A stretch of 64,000 nucleotides of DNA from assembly GCA_043228905.1 (NCBI GenBank), contig JBHGNT010000009.1, forward strand, positions 21,638,001-21,702,000, read 5' to 3'. The notes under the pieces were generated by a model that saw nothing but the letters and a program-made list of their open reading frames with translations, searched no databases and was not told the DNA's origin. Positions 14,810-27,497 of this stretch are shown piece by piece. Position 1 is the first letter of the stretch, and each line of letters opens with the position of its first letter. Position numbers and translations under genes: made by a program. Source of the DNA: Azolla caroliniana. Lineage: Eukaryota > Plantae > Polypodiophyta.

Positions 14810-17800
14810 ATGCTCCCAATCAAGCAGCACAATAGTTCCCTTATTACTCCTGCAAGAAGCAAAATCTCTTCTTGGGAATGGCTTGATGACAAAATTGATC
14901 TTCAACAAACTTTAAAAAGCCATGAGTTTAGTGTCGAACGTGGCAGTAGACCTCTTCTTCCTTCTTCTTCTTCTTCTTCTTCTTCATCTCCCCCTCCTCG
15001 TTCTTGTCTCCATGACTGGCTCATTCGTCTAAGTACAAGCATTCTTCTGTGGACATGTCTCATTCAGCTGATAGCTCTCGTACAGCTATGGCATCCTAAC
15101 CTTCTTCCTGCTTGCTTCGACAATGCTAATGATTTCAACAACAGTGTGGATCGCTCAGAGAGTTCTTTTCCTTCCTCAACATCCAAATCCGAATCTGATC
15201 GTACCTTCTCTGATCATCTTGCCTCTCCTCGACTCCCAAGTAAGCTATCTATGCATCATAATTCTTCCCTATTTCGTTTTGTAAGTTCGATATTTTCATT
15301 TCATTCTTTTAATGATTCTTCACGGTTCCTTTGCAAATTTGACATTATTGTTGTATTCTTTAGTATTTCTTCAGAGTTTCTTTGCAAATCTTGGTATTTT
15401 ATTGTAATCTTTCATAAATCTTCATGACGTCTTTGTGAGTTTGTTATTCACTTATAATTCTTTATAGTTTCTTTGGAAGTTGAATGATGTTTTGTATTCC
15501 TTCACAATCCTTCATGATTTCTTTAGAAGATTGACATTTTGATTCTAGGCTTTAATAACACTTCAGGGTTTCTCTAGAAGTATGCTGGTACATTCTATTC
15601 TTTCTTAAACTTCATGGTTTCTTTCCAAGTTTGACGTTTTCTTTGTAAATTTTCATAATTCTTGACTGTAACTTTGAAGTTTGATTGTATACTGTGTTTT
15701 TTCACTAATGTTCATAGTCTCTTTTAGCAATTTTGACGTTCTCATTGTTTTCTTTCGTAATTCTTCAGGGTTTCTCTGGAAATATGAGGGATACTTCCAT
15801 AATCTTCATGGTTTATTTTCAAGTTTTTAGTGTGCTATGAGCATGACGTTTTCATTGTTTTCTTTCATAATTCGTCAGGGTTTCTCTGGAAATATGAGGG
15901 ATACCGTTTTCTTTCATAATTCTTCATGATTTATTGGCACCTTTGATGTACTATACGCATTTTCATTATTCTTCAAAGTTTTCTTTAGTTTAAGTTTGAT
16001 GTTTATACTATTCTGCATTCAACCAGGATCCTACAGAGGCAATGGATACCTACTGATCTCTTGTAATGGAGGTCTTAACCAGATGCGTGCGGCAGTAAGC
16101 GTCATTCTCTATTTCTATGCATTGGTATCTCAGATTCTGTGAATACAATGTATAGTTAGGCTAAGTTCTCCCTAACTTACTTGCAGATATGCGACATGGT
16201 TGCAATAGCTAATCACTTGAACTTGACATTGGTCATACCTGAACTAGATAAAGCTTCTTTCTGGGCGGATCCGAGGTAAGCATTCGATCAATTGCCATGA
16301 AATTTCTTAATCAGTTATTTTATTTATTTCTGTGGAATCGTTTGATTCTTAATTGGCCAGATGGTATGCTAGTTTCTTCATTTTAAGAAATCAAACTCTA
16401 ACCTTATCTTACAATGCATCAGCACAGAAGATCATTTATTTGTTTTTCTTAACTGCCTGATTATCTTCATGATTGCTGTTACCTTTTTGCAAATTTGTTT
16501 TGATCACAGATGGATCATCTTTGTAGATACCACCATAATGCTTATGCATCAAGAGTGTTTTATTTCTTGTTCTCATGTATACCATCATATGATTTGCAAT
16601 GAGCATTCATCAACACAACATAGCTGCCTACCCTTCCCAATGCATGTGCTTCATGCATGAGTGGAGTTATTTGTAAAACTAGAACATGAATGCCCCTCCA
16701 CCTTCTCCTTTTTTATTAATGATAGTATAGAATGAATGAATGGGAATTTCTCTCTACCGAGTGGATCTATAATTTCTTCATTTCATTCTGCAAGATCTCC
16801 ATCAAATTTTTTATTCATTTTATTTCTAGCTGCTGGTTTATTATTTGTATAGAGATTGTATTTTGAACCAACATGAGAATTTGGCAGTGATTTTGGAGAT
16901 ATTTTTGATGTCAACCATTTCATAAAATCGCTTAAAGATGAAGTAAGAATAGTGAGAAAGCTACCCCCCAAACTCCATGCAAAACATATGGCTGGGAAAA
17001 TAATGTCCATACCTCCGGTTAGCTGGTCTAATGAATCTTACTACTTGAATGAGGTATGCGTATATCTAAATTGATGGTATGGTTCTCTTCTTCTTTTGCA
17101 TACTTTTCTATGCATTGATGCTAACTATAACGTGTTCTCTTGCAGATCCTTCCTTTGATAAAGAAGCAGAAAGTGCTCCATTTCAATAAAACAGACACAA
17201 GGCTTGCAAATAATGGATTGCCATTGAAAATGCAGAAGCTTCGTTGTAGAGCTAACTATGAAACACTCAAATTCACTCCTCATATTGGATACTTGGGTGA
17301 AAAGCTAGTAAGGTTTCTAAAGGCGAAAGGTGGCTTTGTTGTTCTCCACTTAAGGTATGAGATGGATATGCTTGCATTTTCAGGATGTACTCATGGATGC
17401 ACCAATGGAGAGTCAGATGAGCTGACAAAGATGAGGTCAGTGAATGAGCTCATTTGTTATCTTTTATTTTCCAAATAGTGTTCAAGAAGAGATCTTTACC
17501 TTCATATTTTGTGATTTGTTTGAAGGTATTCATATCCTTGGTGGAAGGAGAAGGTCATAGATTCAGATAGAAAAAGGATTGATGGATTGTGTCCGCTAAC
17601 CCCTGAGGAGACTACACTTGTTCTGAAGGCTTTAGGATTTAAAAATGACACCCAGATTTATATTGCAGCTGGTGAGATCTATGGCAGTGAAAGGAGGATG
17701 GCTCCATTGCATGCGGCTTATCCTAATATTGTATGTATTCTCATCCCAATACATGTAGATGCATATGTATACTTCTAGCTTAATATGTCTAAGATAAAGA

Positions 17801-19584
17801 GAACCAAAATGTGGTATACACTATCTCTAAGAAGCTATACTATAGCATACGTTATAACTTTGTGAACTAATTACCATATCAATTGTATCTGCTAGCATGG
17901 TATCATCCCTAATGCACAAAAAGGCCAGCATCTATTAGGAATTACATGAGAATATCCTTAAAATGTGATACTAGAGATCAAACTTGCTCCTGCTATATGT
18001 GCTCGAAGCTAAAGGATTCCCTCTGATAATATTCCACTTATCTAGGATCCATAATTTTAGATGATACCATAGTTTAGTCAGTCCATGACTATCTTCCATG
18101 GTCTCATAGTAAGAAACGTCGTTGCCAAGGTAATTTAATCTTCATACACCATCTCACCTATTCTCGGGAATTCATTGCCAGCACCAATTATAGAACTATA
18201 TCATATTTTTTGGGCCCATAGAAATGCTTGTTAGTCCATTGTCTGCTTGCCAAAAACCAAACTTTTTGAAGCCAACTGGAATAAAGCATTAAAACTCTGA
18301 AATAATGATGTGGATTTCTTTCCATCCATCATTATAAATTGAAATGGAAAGTCATTTGGATTGCTTGGAAAATAGAGTATGGTTACGAGGGAGAAATGGC
18401 AAAACACTTGGTATGACAGCTTGTTGCAGCCCTATTCATGAGAATCCAGGTGATGCATAAAGACTTCAAAAGAGTGAAATTTTGCACGGTCTCATTTCAA
18501 TGTGGAAAATTTTATGGGATCCTAGAGCTTAGAAACCGGAAACAGTTTACCATATGTTTCTCCCATCAATACTCTTTTGTTGGTGTTACCTCTTTGAGGC
18601 TGATGTTTAAGAATTGTGGCCACTGGAATTACCTCAAAGATTAGCCACAGTAATAGCCAATTCACCTTAGACGCCTTGACTCTCTAGTAAAGCATGTGTT
18701 AACTTCACATTTCCTGGTCTCTCTCACAACACAATACAGAATACAACTTGGAAAAAGAGACGTGCCCCATCTCATAGATTGCAGTCGGTCATTTGTGGGC
18801 GTTAAAAAGATAACTTGTCTCTTTATCTATCTCCTTTCTTTGACGTGATGAAACATTCATTCCTTGCTCCAACAGAAATTTACATTGGATCAGAGTAGCG
18901 AACTCTGATGTGAATGATCAATTTACCATTATGAATAGAAATATAGAACTTAACAGTGGCTCGTTTTAAAGAAAGGATTGAAATCACAAGAATTGTTGAA
19001 CAAATATACATGACAGTGATTATAAATCTAACACAACTTCTACAAAATCTTTTTGGTTTGCAAATTAAAGGTATGTTTCAAAATTGACCTTGTTGATATT
19101 CAATAACATTTGCAGGTTAAGAAAGAGATGATTTTAAGTTCAGACGAGCTGAAGGCCTTTCAAAATCACTCTTCCCAAATGGCTGCTCTCGACTATCTAG
19201 TAGCCATTGAAAGCGACGTATTTATTCCAACATATTATGGAAACATGGCAAAAGTTGTTGAAGGCCATCGCAGGTAGATATTTCAATAATTATGCATGTC
19301 TTGATGCTTAGTATTGATTTGTTATCAGTTTATTTGATCAAACATCTTGTAAAAATGTTCACAGATATTTAGGCTACAGAAAAACGATGGTATTGGATCG
19401 CAGAAAACTCGTTGAACTAATCGATCTGTATCATAATGGTCAATTGAAATGGCATGATTTCTCTCTAGCTGTAAAAGAACATCAAGATAACTACACAGGC
19501 TCCCAAAAGAGGAGAACAGGGATTCCAGATAGACCAAAGGAAGAGGATTACTTCTATGCAAATCCTGAAGAATGTCTTGCATAG
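14810..19584 (+). CDS. RRT1: GT106/O-fucosyltransferase-family glycosyltransferase, RG-I rhamnosyltransferase (RRT) clade; 8 exons, ~541 aa
   Basis: Exons are 14810-15239, 16027-16094, 16187-16275, 16888-17053, 17146-17435, 17526-17730, 19116-19273 and 19365-19584, all GT-AG, totalling 1626 nt in frame. Motifs: N-terminal TM ([17 protein letters not shown]), [63 protein letters not shown] and the C-terminal [15 protein letters not shown]. The start codon is the least certain part. Confidence 0.92.
15255..16010. repeat. Degenerate ~50-bp minisatellite filling RRT intron 1
   Basis: Recurring consensus ~ataattcttcatggtttctttgcaagtttgacgttttcattgtattctttc. A near-exact higher-order duplication occurs at 15734-15794 vs 15844-15904. 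Confidence 0.7.
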
Positions 19585-20374
19585 ATACCTCAGCTATTTG
19601 ATCAAGTCTGTCATGCAGGACCTTTTTGCTCCTATAAATCCTTCTGACAGAGGTATTTAATTACATGACAACGCGTTTTGGAGCTGCAAAGATATGCGTT
19701 TATGTGTGGTAATTGTGCTGTTGTCTACATTATCAAGCAGATTCAAAAGATCATATATCCTTCGCGCTCAATTGCATCTTTTCCCATTTGGTCTACATTA
19801 TCAAGCAGATTCAAAAGGTCATATATACTTCTAAGTTCACACCCAATTTCATCTTTCCCATGTGGGTTGTGTGAATCCAAAGAAGAAGAGAATTAGGGGC
19901 TATCATAATATACCACAGCCAATTGAACTGCAAATTTGTAGGCGAGTTTCTGAAGCAGACATGGTGGGGTGCCCATTGGATAACTGCTTCAACAAAGCAA
20001 CTAGATAACTGATCAAATGACAGACCATTTGCTTTGCTCTAAGCAAAAAGCCCTGTTCATATTAAAATCCTTGGATGTAGCCCTAGAATCAAATCATATA
20101 CAGCAACAGCAAAAGATCTGAGGAAATTCATAAAAATCATGGAGAAACATGGGAAATAATCAAAATCATGGTTCTCCCCAAATTTGTTAAACCCTTTTTC
20201 CCCGAGTAAGATTGCAACAGAAATCCTTCTCTTTTGACTTTTGTAGTGAGAGGATTGCAACAGGAATGGGAGGAAACAGAAATTCTTCTCTTTTGACTTT
20301 TGTAGTGAGAGGCTTGCTCCAATTCCACATCCTCAAAGCCCTTCAATGGAGAGAGTGTGAACACACTTACACAC

Positions 20375-20376
<2 letters not shown>

Positions 20377-20419
<43 letters not shown>
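20377..20419. repeat. (CA)n microsatellite
   Basis: Directly visible; it is the source of the spurious HT/CV-repeat ORFs. Confidence 0.95.
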
Positions 20420-20423
<4 letters not shown>

Positions 20424-23400
20424 TACACACACATGGAGACAGACAGAGACCCACATGTGTCCATATTCTTGTGTAGGACAATGGAATGGGACAAGAAAAC
20501 ACTTTAACCAATTATTTGCTTGCTTAAAATTTTGATGATCTAGACACTTCAAGCCTCCCTCCCTCAGACCATGCGTGTGTGAATGAATGAATATGTTGAA
20601 CATTTTGTGCTCCTCGACTTTTGGTCGGTTCTCTCGAGCCGGCCTCACCAATCATTGAAATCTTTGTATCATGTGGGCGTTTTGTGAGTTCATAATGAGG
20701 CCAATCATTCTACTAGAAATCAAGCCTACATTATTTAGATAGTCCATTATGTCGTCAAATCTCCTTGATACCTAGGAAGTCTCATCACTCCCTAACCGTG
20801 CTTATGTCTCATCTCTAAAAAACCAAGGGTACGATAATATCTATGTGTTTGCATATCTGGTGTTTAATCTTGGCCATAATCTACTTCGTGTATAGTCGAC
20901 TAGAGAGTTGGCAATTCTTATTCAATGTCGTGCACAATCCATATCTATTGCAATGTGGCCAAATCTTGAGTTTGATAGGTTTTCATACATTTTTGCACCC
21001 AATCTTTGTACGTGTCGGCTTTGAGTCATGTTCCTTTGTGTGTGCATGTGCTATCAAGTTGGGTGGACAATCAAAATTGAACATAATCAGTAATAGTAAA
21101 TCAAAATATATTTTTATGACAATGTTAGGAAACACAAATTAGATCAATATGTATTGAAAGCAATATGCTATTCTCTATCTATTGTGATAATTCTTTAATC
21201 TAGATCATAATCTAATACATTAGTGTGCATCCACTTCTTAGTTTTTGAGTGTACAATCCATGGGCTTTATTTGATAGTTGGATTTTGACATTTCATCGCC
21301 TATATGTTATTATCGAGGCACTCTGCTTAGAAGCTAGATTCTAAGTTCCAATCCAATTGACGGAGTTCATTTAGGGTGTGTAGAAAGCGTAACCTCATCC
21401 AACCTATAAACCTAGTAAAGCAATAAGAAGTGAGATATTCACAAACAAGACAAAGTTGGAATAAAATGACTCCTTGTGTAAATGGAGTCGGTTAGTAGCT
21501 TAAAGAAATAAATGCAATCTCACTCTATCCCATCAATGCGAGTAACTCAATGATGGGAGTAAAACTTTCATGGACAGTAGGATTTTAAACTTTTTACAGA
21601 ATACTATTCATAAATAATAGTTAAAAAATCATTCTTTTGCGAATTTGATTGCAAAACTATATCAAAAAATGAATGATACATAATTGTGTGAGGTTTGGGA
21701 AAGATCACCATGCCTACAATAAGCTTTGGTAGACTTGAAATTAACAACCAAACAAGAATTAGATTCCAATCAATAGGTCAAGATATAATGATTAGGTGAG
21801 ATTTGGATCCCAATTTATAGACCACAAATGAACAATTAGGTGGGGTTCAAATCTAAACCACAACAAAAACATATTTTTATTGGAAATAAATGATATAAAT
21901 CTTATAGCTTGTTTGAGACATGAAAATTTACAAACCCTAAATATAGATAGAAACAAAGTTGGTTGATCATGTTAACCCATCTCGAGGACCTATGAGATGC
22001 CATCTCGATTGTACAAATATTGTTGAGAGGTCTTCAATGCTGCCTGATATATTTTTGGAGAGGATTTCTTACTCTTCTCCTCTGTGGTAATGGGATTCTC
22101 ATACTCCTGAGCCCTTTGGCTTGCTCTAATGTGGGACAAGAAGGTAGGTAAGCTCATTCCTCTCTCGATGCTCTATTGTCGCTTTAATAGAAATGTCTTT
22201 TTCTTTTTTGCTTAAGACTATGCCAAACCATTGTCCCCTTGTGGATCTCGTCAAGTGACTGTTTCTTGTTCCTCATTTACATTATTCTACCTCTCAATCT
22301 TGACTAAGATTTTTAAATTTTCTTACATGTCATCCAATCATCTCCTTTTCCCTTAGGATGCGGCAAAACATTGTCCCCCCTTTGTCGACCCCATCTAATG
22401 ATTGCTTTTGTTACCCTACTCACATTTTTTTGCCTTTGACTATTTTCTTTAATTTGCTTTGTGTGCAATTATTTTCTTTAATTTGCTTTGTGTGCAATTA
22501 TATTTTTGTCAACATTTATCTATTTAACTTATCCATATCTTCTTTTATGATTATTGTTCTTTAAAGCAACCATTTTAGGGAGACTAGACTATATAAATAC
22601 ATAACTTTTGTGGATAAATTAAGTTTTAGAGAAGTCATGACTAAGTCGATTATACTCATAATAGGAAACCGTTTCTTATGCCATTTTGTTGGGGCCTCAC
22701 TAAATCTGATTGCTGACTATAAAATTCTTGGCCAAACTTGAGAAGTCTTGGCCCAATCTAGGTTGCTTATGAATTTGTTGTACAAATAGATAGTTTAACT
22801 ATAATTTCTAGTTGGGTTTTCTTGGCGGTCATGTGGGGGTCGGCCATATTTCCAAAGAGTTATAATTGCATTTTGTGCAAGACTTGTTTCTGCTCTAGGA
22901 ATTTGTGGCTAAATATTTTGAGTTATGCACTCACGAAGTTTAACAATCATTAACATTAGAGCTTAACAAATTGCTTTGAACTTCTTGGTACAACCTTTTA
23001 GTACTCCTTGGAGTTAACGTTATCATTGTACTTTGATCAAAATCCAAAAGTCGGGAATTCAAAGACAAAACCTAGGCTATGATTCCATAAAACATCACAC
23101 TTCAAGGTTATCATCCATTAAAATAGACTCCTTTATCACTTCATATATGTTTTAGCAAATTTGTCTTTCTTGTCCCTATCACTTATTATACTATTTATTC
23201 TAACATTATTTGTGCTCATTAGCATGTGCAAATATCTCTTTCATAATGTTAGATATCCTTGAATCAAATAATACCTTCTTGCATGCCATTAGTGTGCAAT
23301 CACGTCGACTAGAAATATACACGATAGTTGTCTATCACAATGGGTCTCCATTTACATAACAAATAAGCACAGGGCCATCTACATGTGTTGTTTGGTTCCA

Positions 23401-23557
23401 CATTTTCAATCGCATCGGTTTGCATTTTTTTTTTCTAATTCTCAAGTTTGAATGAAGTCGTATTTGAATTTGCTTATACTTATAGATTTTAAGAACCAAG
23501 TTGTGTATTCACATTTTAAGAACCAAGTTGTCTAATATGTATATATATATATATATT

Positions 23558-24173
23558 ACATGAACACTCAAATAAAGCATATCACCATCTTGCAACCGCC
23601 TTCTCGTTGTGTGTAACAAATGAAACCTGAGGACTCACCTCACTGATTAGCTATATCGGTTTTTTAATATGGTCAATCGAATATGGATGAGTTCAAATTC
23701 CTTAATACAACCTCCATTATCAAATCAAATATCATCACTTTGTAACACTATAAATTTTGTGCCCGAATCCTCAATCATTATACTAATAAAAACTTGCTCG
23801 TATGAAATGTGTTGGTATTTTTGAGACTTCAATTAAGAGCTCGTGAAAATGGGCTTTATAGATCATGTATTCACATTGGATAGAGTAGATCTATTATATG
23901 CACTTGTCCTTTTGAGCATTCACATGAACACTCATCTTGCAACCACCTTCTCCTTGTGTATAACAAATGAAACCTTAGCTCTCCCCTCACTAGTTAACTA
24001 TATCTATTTTTAATATGGTCAATCGAATATGGATGAGTTCATATTACTTTAATACAACCTCCATTATCCCATCAAATATAATCACTTTGTACACACTTTG
24101 AATTTGTGCTAGAATCTTGCTTAATCGTTGTACAAATAAAAACTTGCCCATATGAAAGGTGTTGGTATTTTGA
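23558..24173. repeat. Diverged direct duplication (~250 bp x2) upstream of WRKY
   Basis: ~23558-23825 and ~23922-24173 share acatgaacactca, catcttgcaacc.ccttctc.ttgtgt.taacaaatgaaacct, taatatggtcaatcgaatatggatgagttca and aataaaacttgc...tatgaaa.gtgttggtatttt. Confidence 0.88.
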
Positions 24174-25062
24174 AGTCACTACCGAAACAATCTTGACCTA
24201 GTTTTGTTGACCGAGTGGTGCTTATGATATTTCAAAGCCTTAGATGGGTTTTTTTGTGGTTTCCCTTGAAGAGACTACACACCATGCAAGCACATATGAA
24301 AGGCATTCCTTTGTGCAATTAAAAAAATCTTCCTTCGTTGGGAAGGGATAAACCATAGTTGAACTTGTATTGATCATCATGGCCATAGCAATGTGCTTAC
24401 AAGCTAGCATTTGATTATTGAACAACCTCAATGAAGCAAATGTGAGAGCCCACAACTTGGACACATCATCAAGGGTGGTGCACGTTTCATGATTTGTTGC
24501 CCTCAAAGAGTTTGCCTTTCGCGGTTCGAATCTATTGACAATTTGTTGGTTTCTGTTTAAAGTGTTTTTTTTTTGTGGAAATGAAGAAATTTAGTGTTTT
24601 TCTCTCAGATATCTACGTAATGATTTCAATCATTTAATGTTATGTAACTTTCTATACCCTCGTGTACAATGGTCTACTTTGTTTTTTCTCATTCATCTAT
24701 TGCATAATGATACTAAACTTGTTGCCTTGTTAGTTTCTCTCCATTTCTTTATATCCTCTCTCTCTTCTCACCAAGCCTAAGGTTCCGAAGCTTTGTGTCA
24801 CCTCGATTTTCCTAGTCTCGTAAATTCTTGAGCTGGTGTCCCCCAGGAGATGGTCTTGCCATGGTTTCATGGCAGGACCACTTTTGTTTAATCCATGTCG
24901 CACACTAACGTTTAAAAGTTTCATTCGTCGCGATGATGTCAAGCGGACCTGGGACCTGGCACTTTTTTTTCAAGGGTTTGAAGCAACAATTATTAGTTTA
25001 TAAAGACCTTGACATTGACTTTGAATTCAAAAGAGAACATTAAATTTTAGAGGTTGTTTACA

Positions 25063-25069
25063 TATAAAA
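25063..25069 (+). promoter_or_regulatory. Candidate TATA box of the WRKY gene
   Basis: TATAAAA lies ~84 bp upstream of the ATG, with a W-box (TTGACT, 25015-25020) just upstream of it. Confidence 0.4.
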
Positions 25070-25146
25070 GGAGACTCCTCTCTAAAGAGGCCATATCTAG
25101 AGACAAGCAATTGATCAAAGGTAGAAAAAATTAGTACCAAACCAAC

Positions 25147-27497
25147 ATGGAGTTTGATGGGTGCAATCATGTAGTAATCCCCTTGAATCGCCATCTTCAT
25201 TCTAATGAAGCCAAGCACAAATGTGAGTCTAATTACCATTCATCAAATTTTCTAGACCACGATAATGGTCTAGTAGACATCCCCACCCCCGACCAATATG
25301 TGGATAGCACCCACGATCACAACCCATTGGATCCAATAAGTGATTATGAGTACCATTACCTTGATGATACATACAATTGTGCTACCTATAATGATCGATC
25401 GAGTGACAATATTGATGAGTTTAGGAATGGATTGTGCGAAGATTATCTAGTAATGATGAATGATCATGGGTTCAACACTTTGTCGCCACCCATCAATTTT
25501 GTGGATGAACCTCTTGTGATTCATAGCACGACTAGCGGGGGCGCAACTCCCGCGTCGTCGACAGACCGCGTGGCGGATGATGATTGGTCGGAATACGATT
25601 GGTGCGACCTCGTCCAACCAATCGAAGGCAAGGAATCTCCTTCCACTCCACCCTCACCAACAGAAAACCAAGCCAATAGGAGGAGGTATACAAATCATAC
25701 AAATCCCAATACCATTACCTTTGATTTGTTAGTTTTTTCTTAAATTTATGGGTTTGGGGTCCAATGTTTTGGGATCTTACTGCAAAGCTGTATATTAGGT
25801 TAGTCTGTCTCAGTTCAATCCTCTTCTCTGGCATTTGGAATTATCTTAATGAGAGACAATAAAATTCACATAATTAGGGCATAACAAAATCCACAGAATT
25901 GAGGTTTTATATGCCTTGATATGATCTGACAACAAATTTCACATAATTGAGGTTTTTATGTCTTGATGGGAGACAAACAACAAATTCCCTGGTTTAGGGT
26001 TATGATAAGAGACAACAGATTCACATCTCTGAGTATATAGCTCATATCCTTAATGATCCCATTAAGTGGTACCCACACTCTTCACATACAGTCTTCAATT
26101 CATACATATCCTTCATTATTGATCGCATCCCTAAACCCTAATACAGGACTTTAGGCCTTGAATCGATTGTTCTCCAATTCAAGACAAGATGGATTATATG
26201 TCTGCATGCCTAATTAGAGGGCATTTTTGGTACTCTCATGTTTTGATTATATTTCCATGGCATCTTCTCAGGAATGCATCGAAAGCTCTGTCAGGACTCA
26301 CGCCCAAGAAACCTCGGAAGGAGAGGGGCCCAAAGTTAGCTTTCAAAATGGAGATCGATGTCGATGTTATAGATGATGGCTACAAATGGCGGAAGTATGG
26401 CCAAAAAGCTGTCAAAAATAGCCCTTACCCTAGGTATGTTTAACGAAGAAACGTACCTAAGTTCCAAAACCTAACCCTAAATCTCTTTGAGTTTCTCATG
26501 CTGGCTCTCATTTAGGTTAAAAATTAGAGATCATGAAATAATTTGCATAAAAAAGCACCCATCCTGAGTATGGATGGCATCTATTCTAAATTTCTAATAG
26601 TTGTGACATAAATCAATGCGTTAACCTTCATCTCTAAATTTGGTTGGAATGTGGCTTAAATCATTATGCTCTTCATGGCTTGTGAATCTTGATGATGATT
26701 AGCATAATACAAAAGGAAGGCTCAATTTTAGTTCATACCCATGAGTATATGCAGACAAGTGAATTAAACCAGCTTTTATGTTTTCCAATATATTTTTTCT
26801 AGGATAATCCTGATGATGATTAGTATAATCTAAAAGGCTCAATTTTAATTCATACCCATGAGTATGCAGACAATTGAGTTAAACCAAATTGTATGTTTTC
26901 CATTATATATTGCTAGGATAATCTTGATGATTACTAGTATAATCTAAAAGGCTCAATTTTAATTCATACCCATGAGTATGCAAGACAATTGAGTTAAACC
27001 AAGTTGTATGTTTTCCAATGTATTTCTAGGATAATCCTGATGATGATTAGTATAATCTAAAAGGTTCATTTTAATTCATACCCATGAGCATGGAGACAAT
27101 TGAGTTAAACCAAGTTGTATGTTTTCTATTATATATTTCTAGGATAATCTTGATGATGATTAGTACAATCTAAAAGACTCAATTTAATTCATACCCATGA
27201 ATATGCAAGACAATTGAGTTAAACCAAGTTGTATGTTTTCCATTATATATTTGTAGGGGATATTATAAATGTACGTCGAAGCATTGCAACGTGAAGAAGC
27301 ATGTCGAACGACAATTACATGAGCCGAAGTTTGTCATTACAACATATGAAGGAGTACACAATCATCTCCCGCCTGATCAACAACTCCAAGGGCTCCCTAT
27401 CTCCAGTTGTTTCGCCCAGTACCCCGAAGATGCCTTCCATTTCATGAACAATTATAAGAGGCATTTACCTGCCATGGATTTCATTTACCATAGTTAG
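25147..27497 (+). CDS. WRKY: WRKY transcription factor, single domain, group IIc-like; 3 exons, ~313 aa
   Basis: Exons are 25147-25685, 26272-26433 and 27257-27497 (942 nt, in frame). The domain reads [21 protein letters not shown]|[18 protein letters not shown]...TTYEGVHNH, a C-X4-C-X23-H-X-H finger, with the conserved R-type intron after PR. Confidence 0.92.
26685..27256 (+). repeat. ~114-bp tandem array, 5 copies, in WRKY intron 2; the last copy supplies the real 3' splice site
   Basis: Units end in AG at 26802, 26916, 27029, 27142 and 27256. The shared core is ttcatacccatgagtatgcagacaattgagttaaaccaagttgtatgttttcc. Confidence 0.95.

Noticed and set aside
26685-27256. Tandem arrays (also 13187-13555 and 45854-46075) as CRISPR-like arrays
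   Set aside because: The units repeat in full with no unique spacers, there are no cas genes, and the context is eukaryotic.
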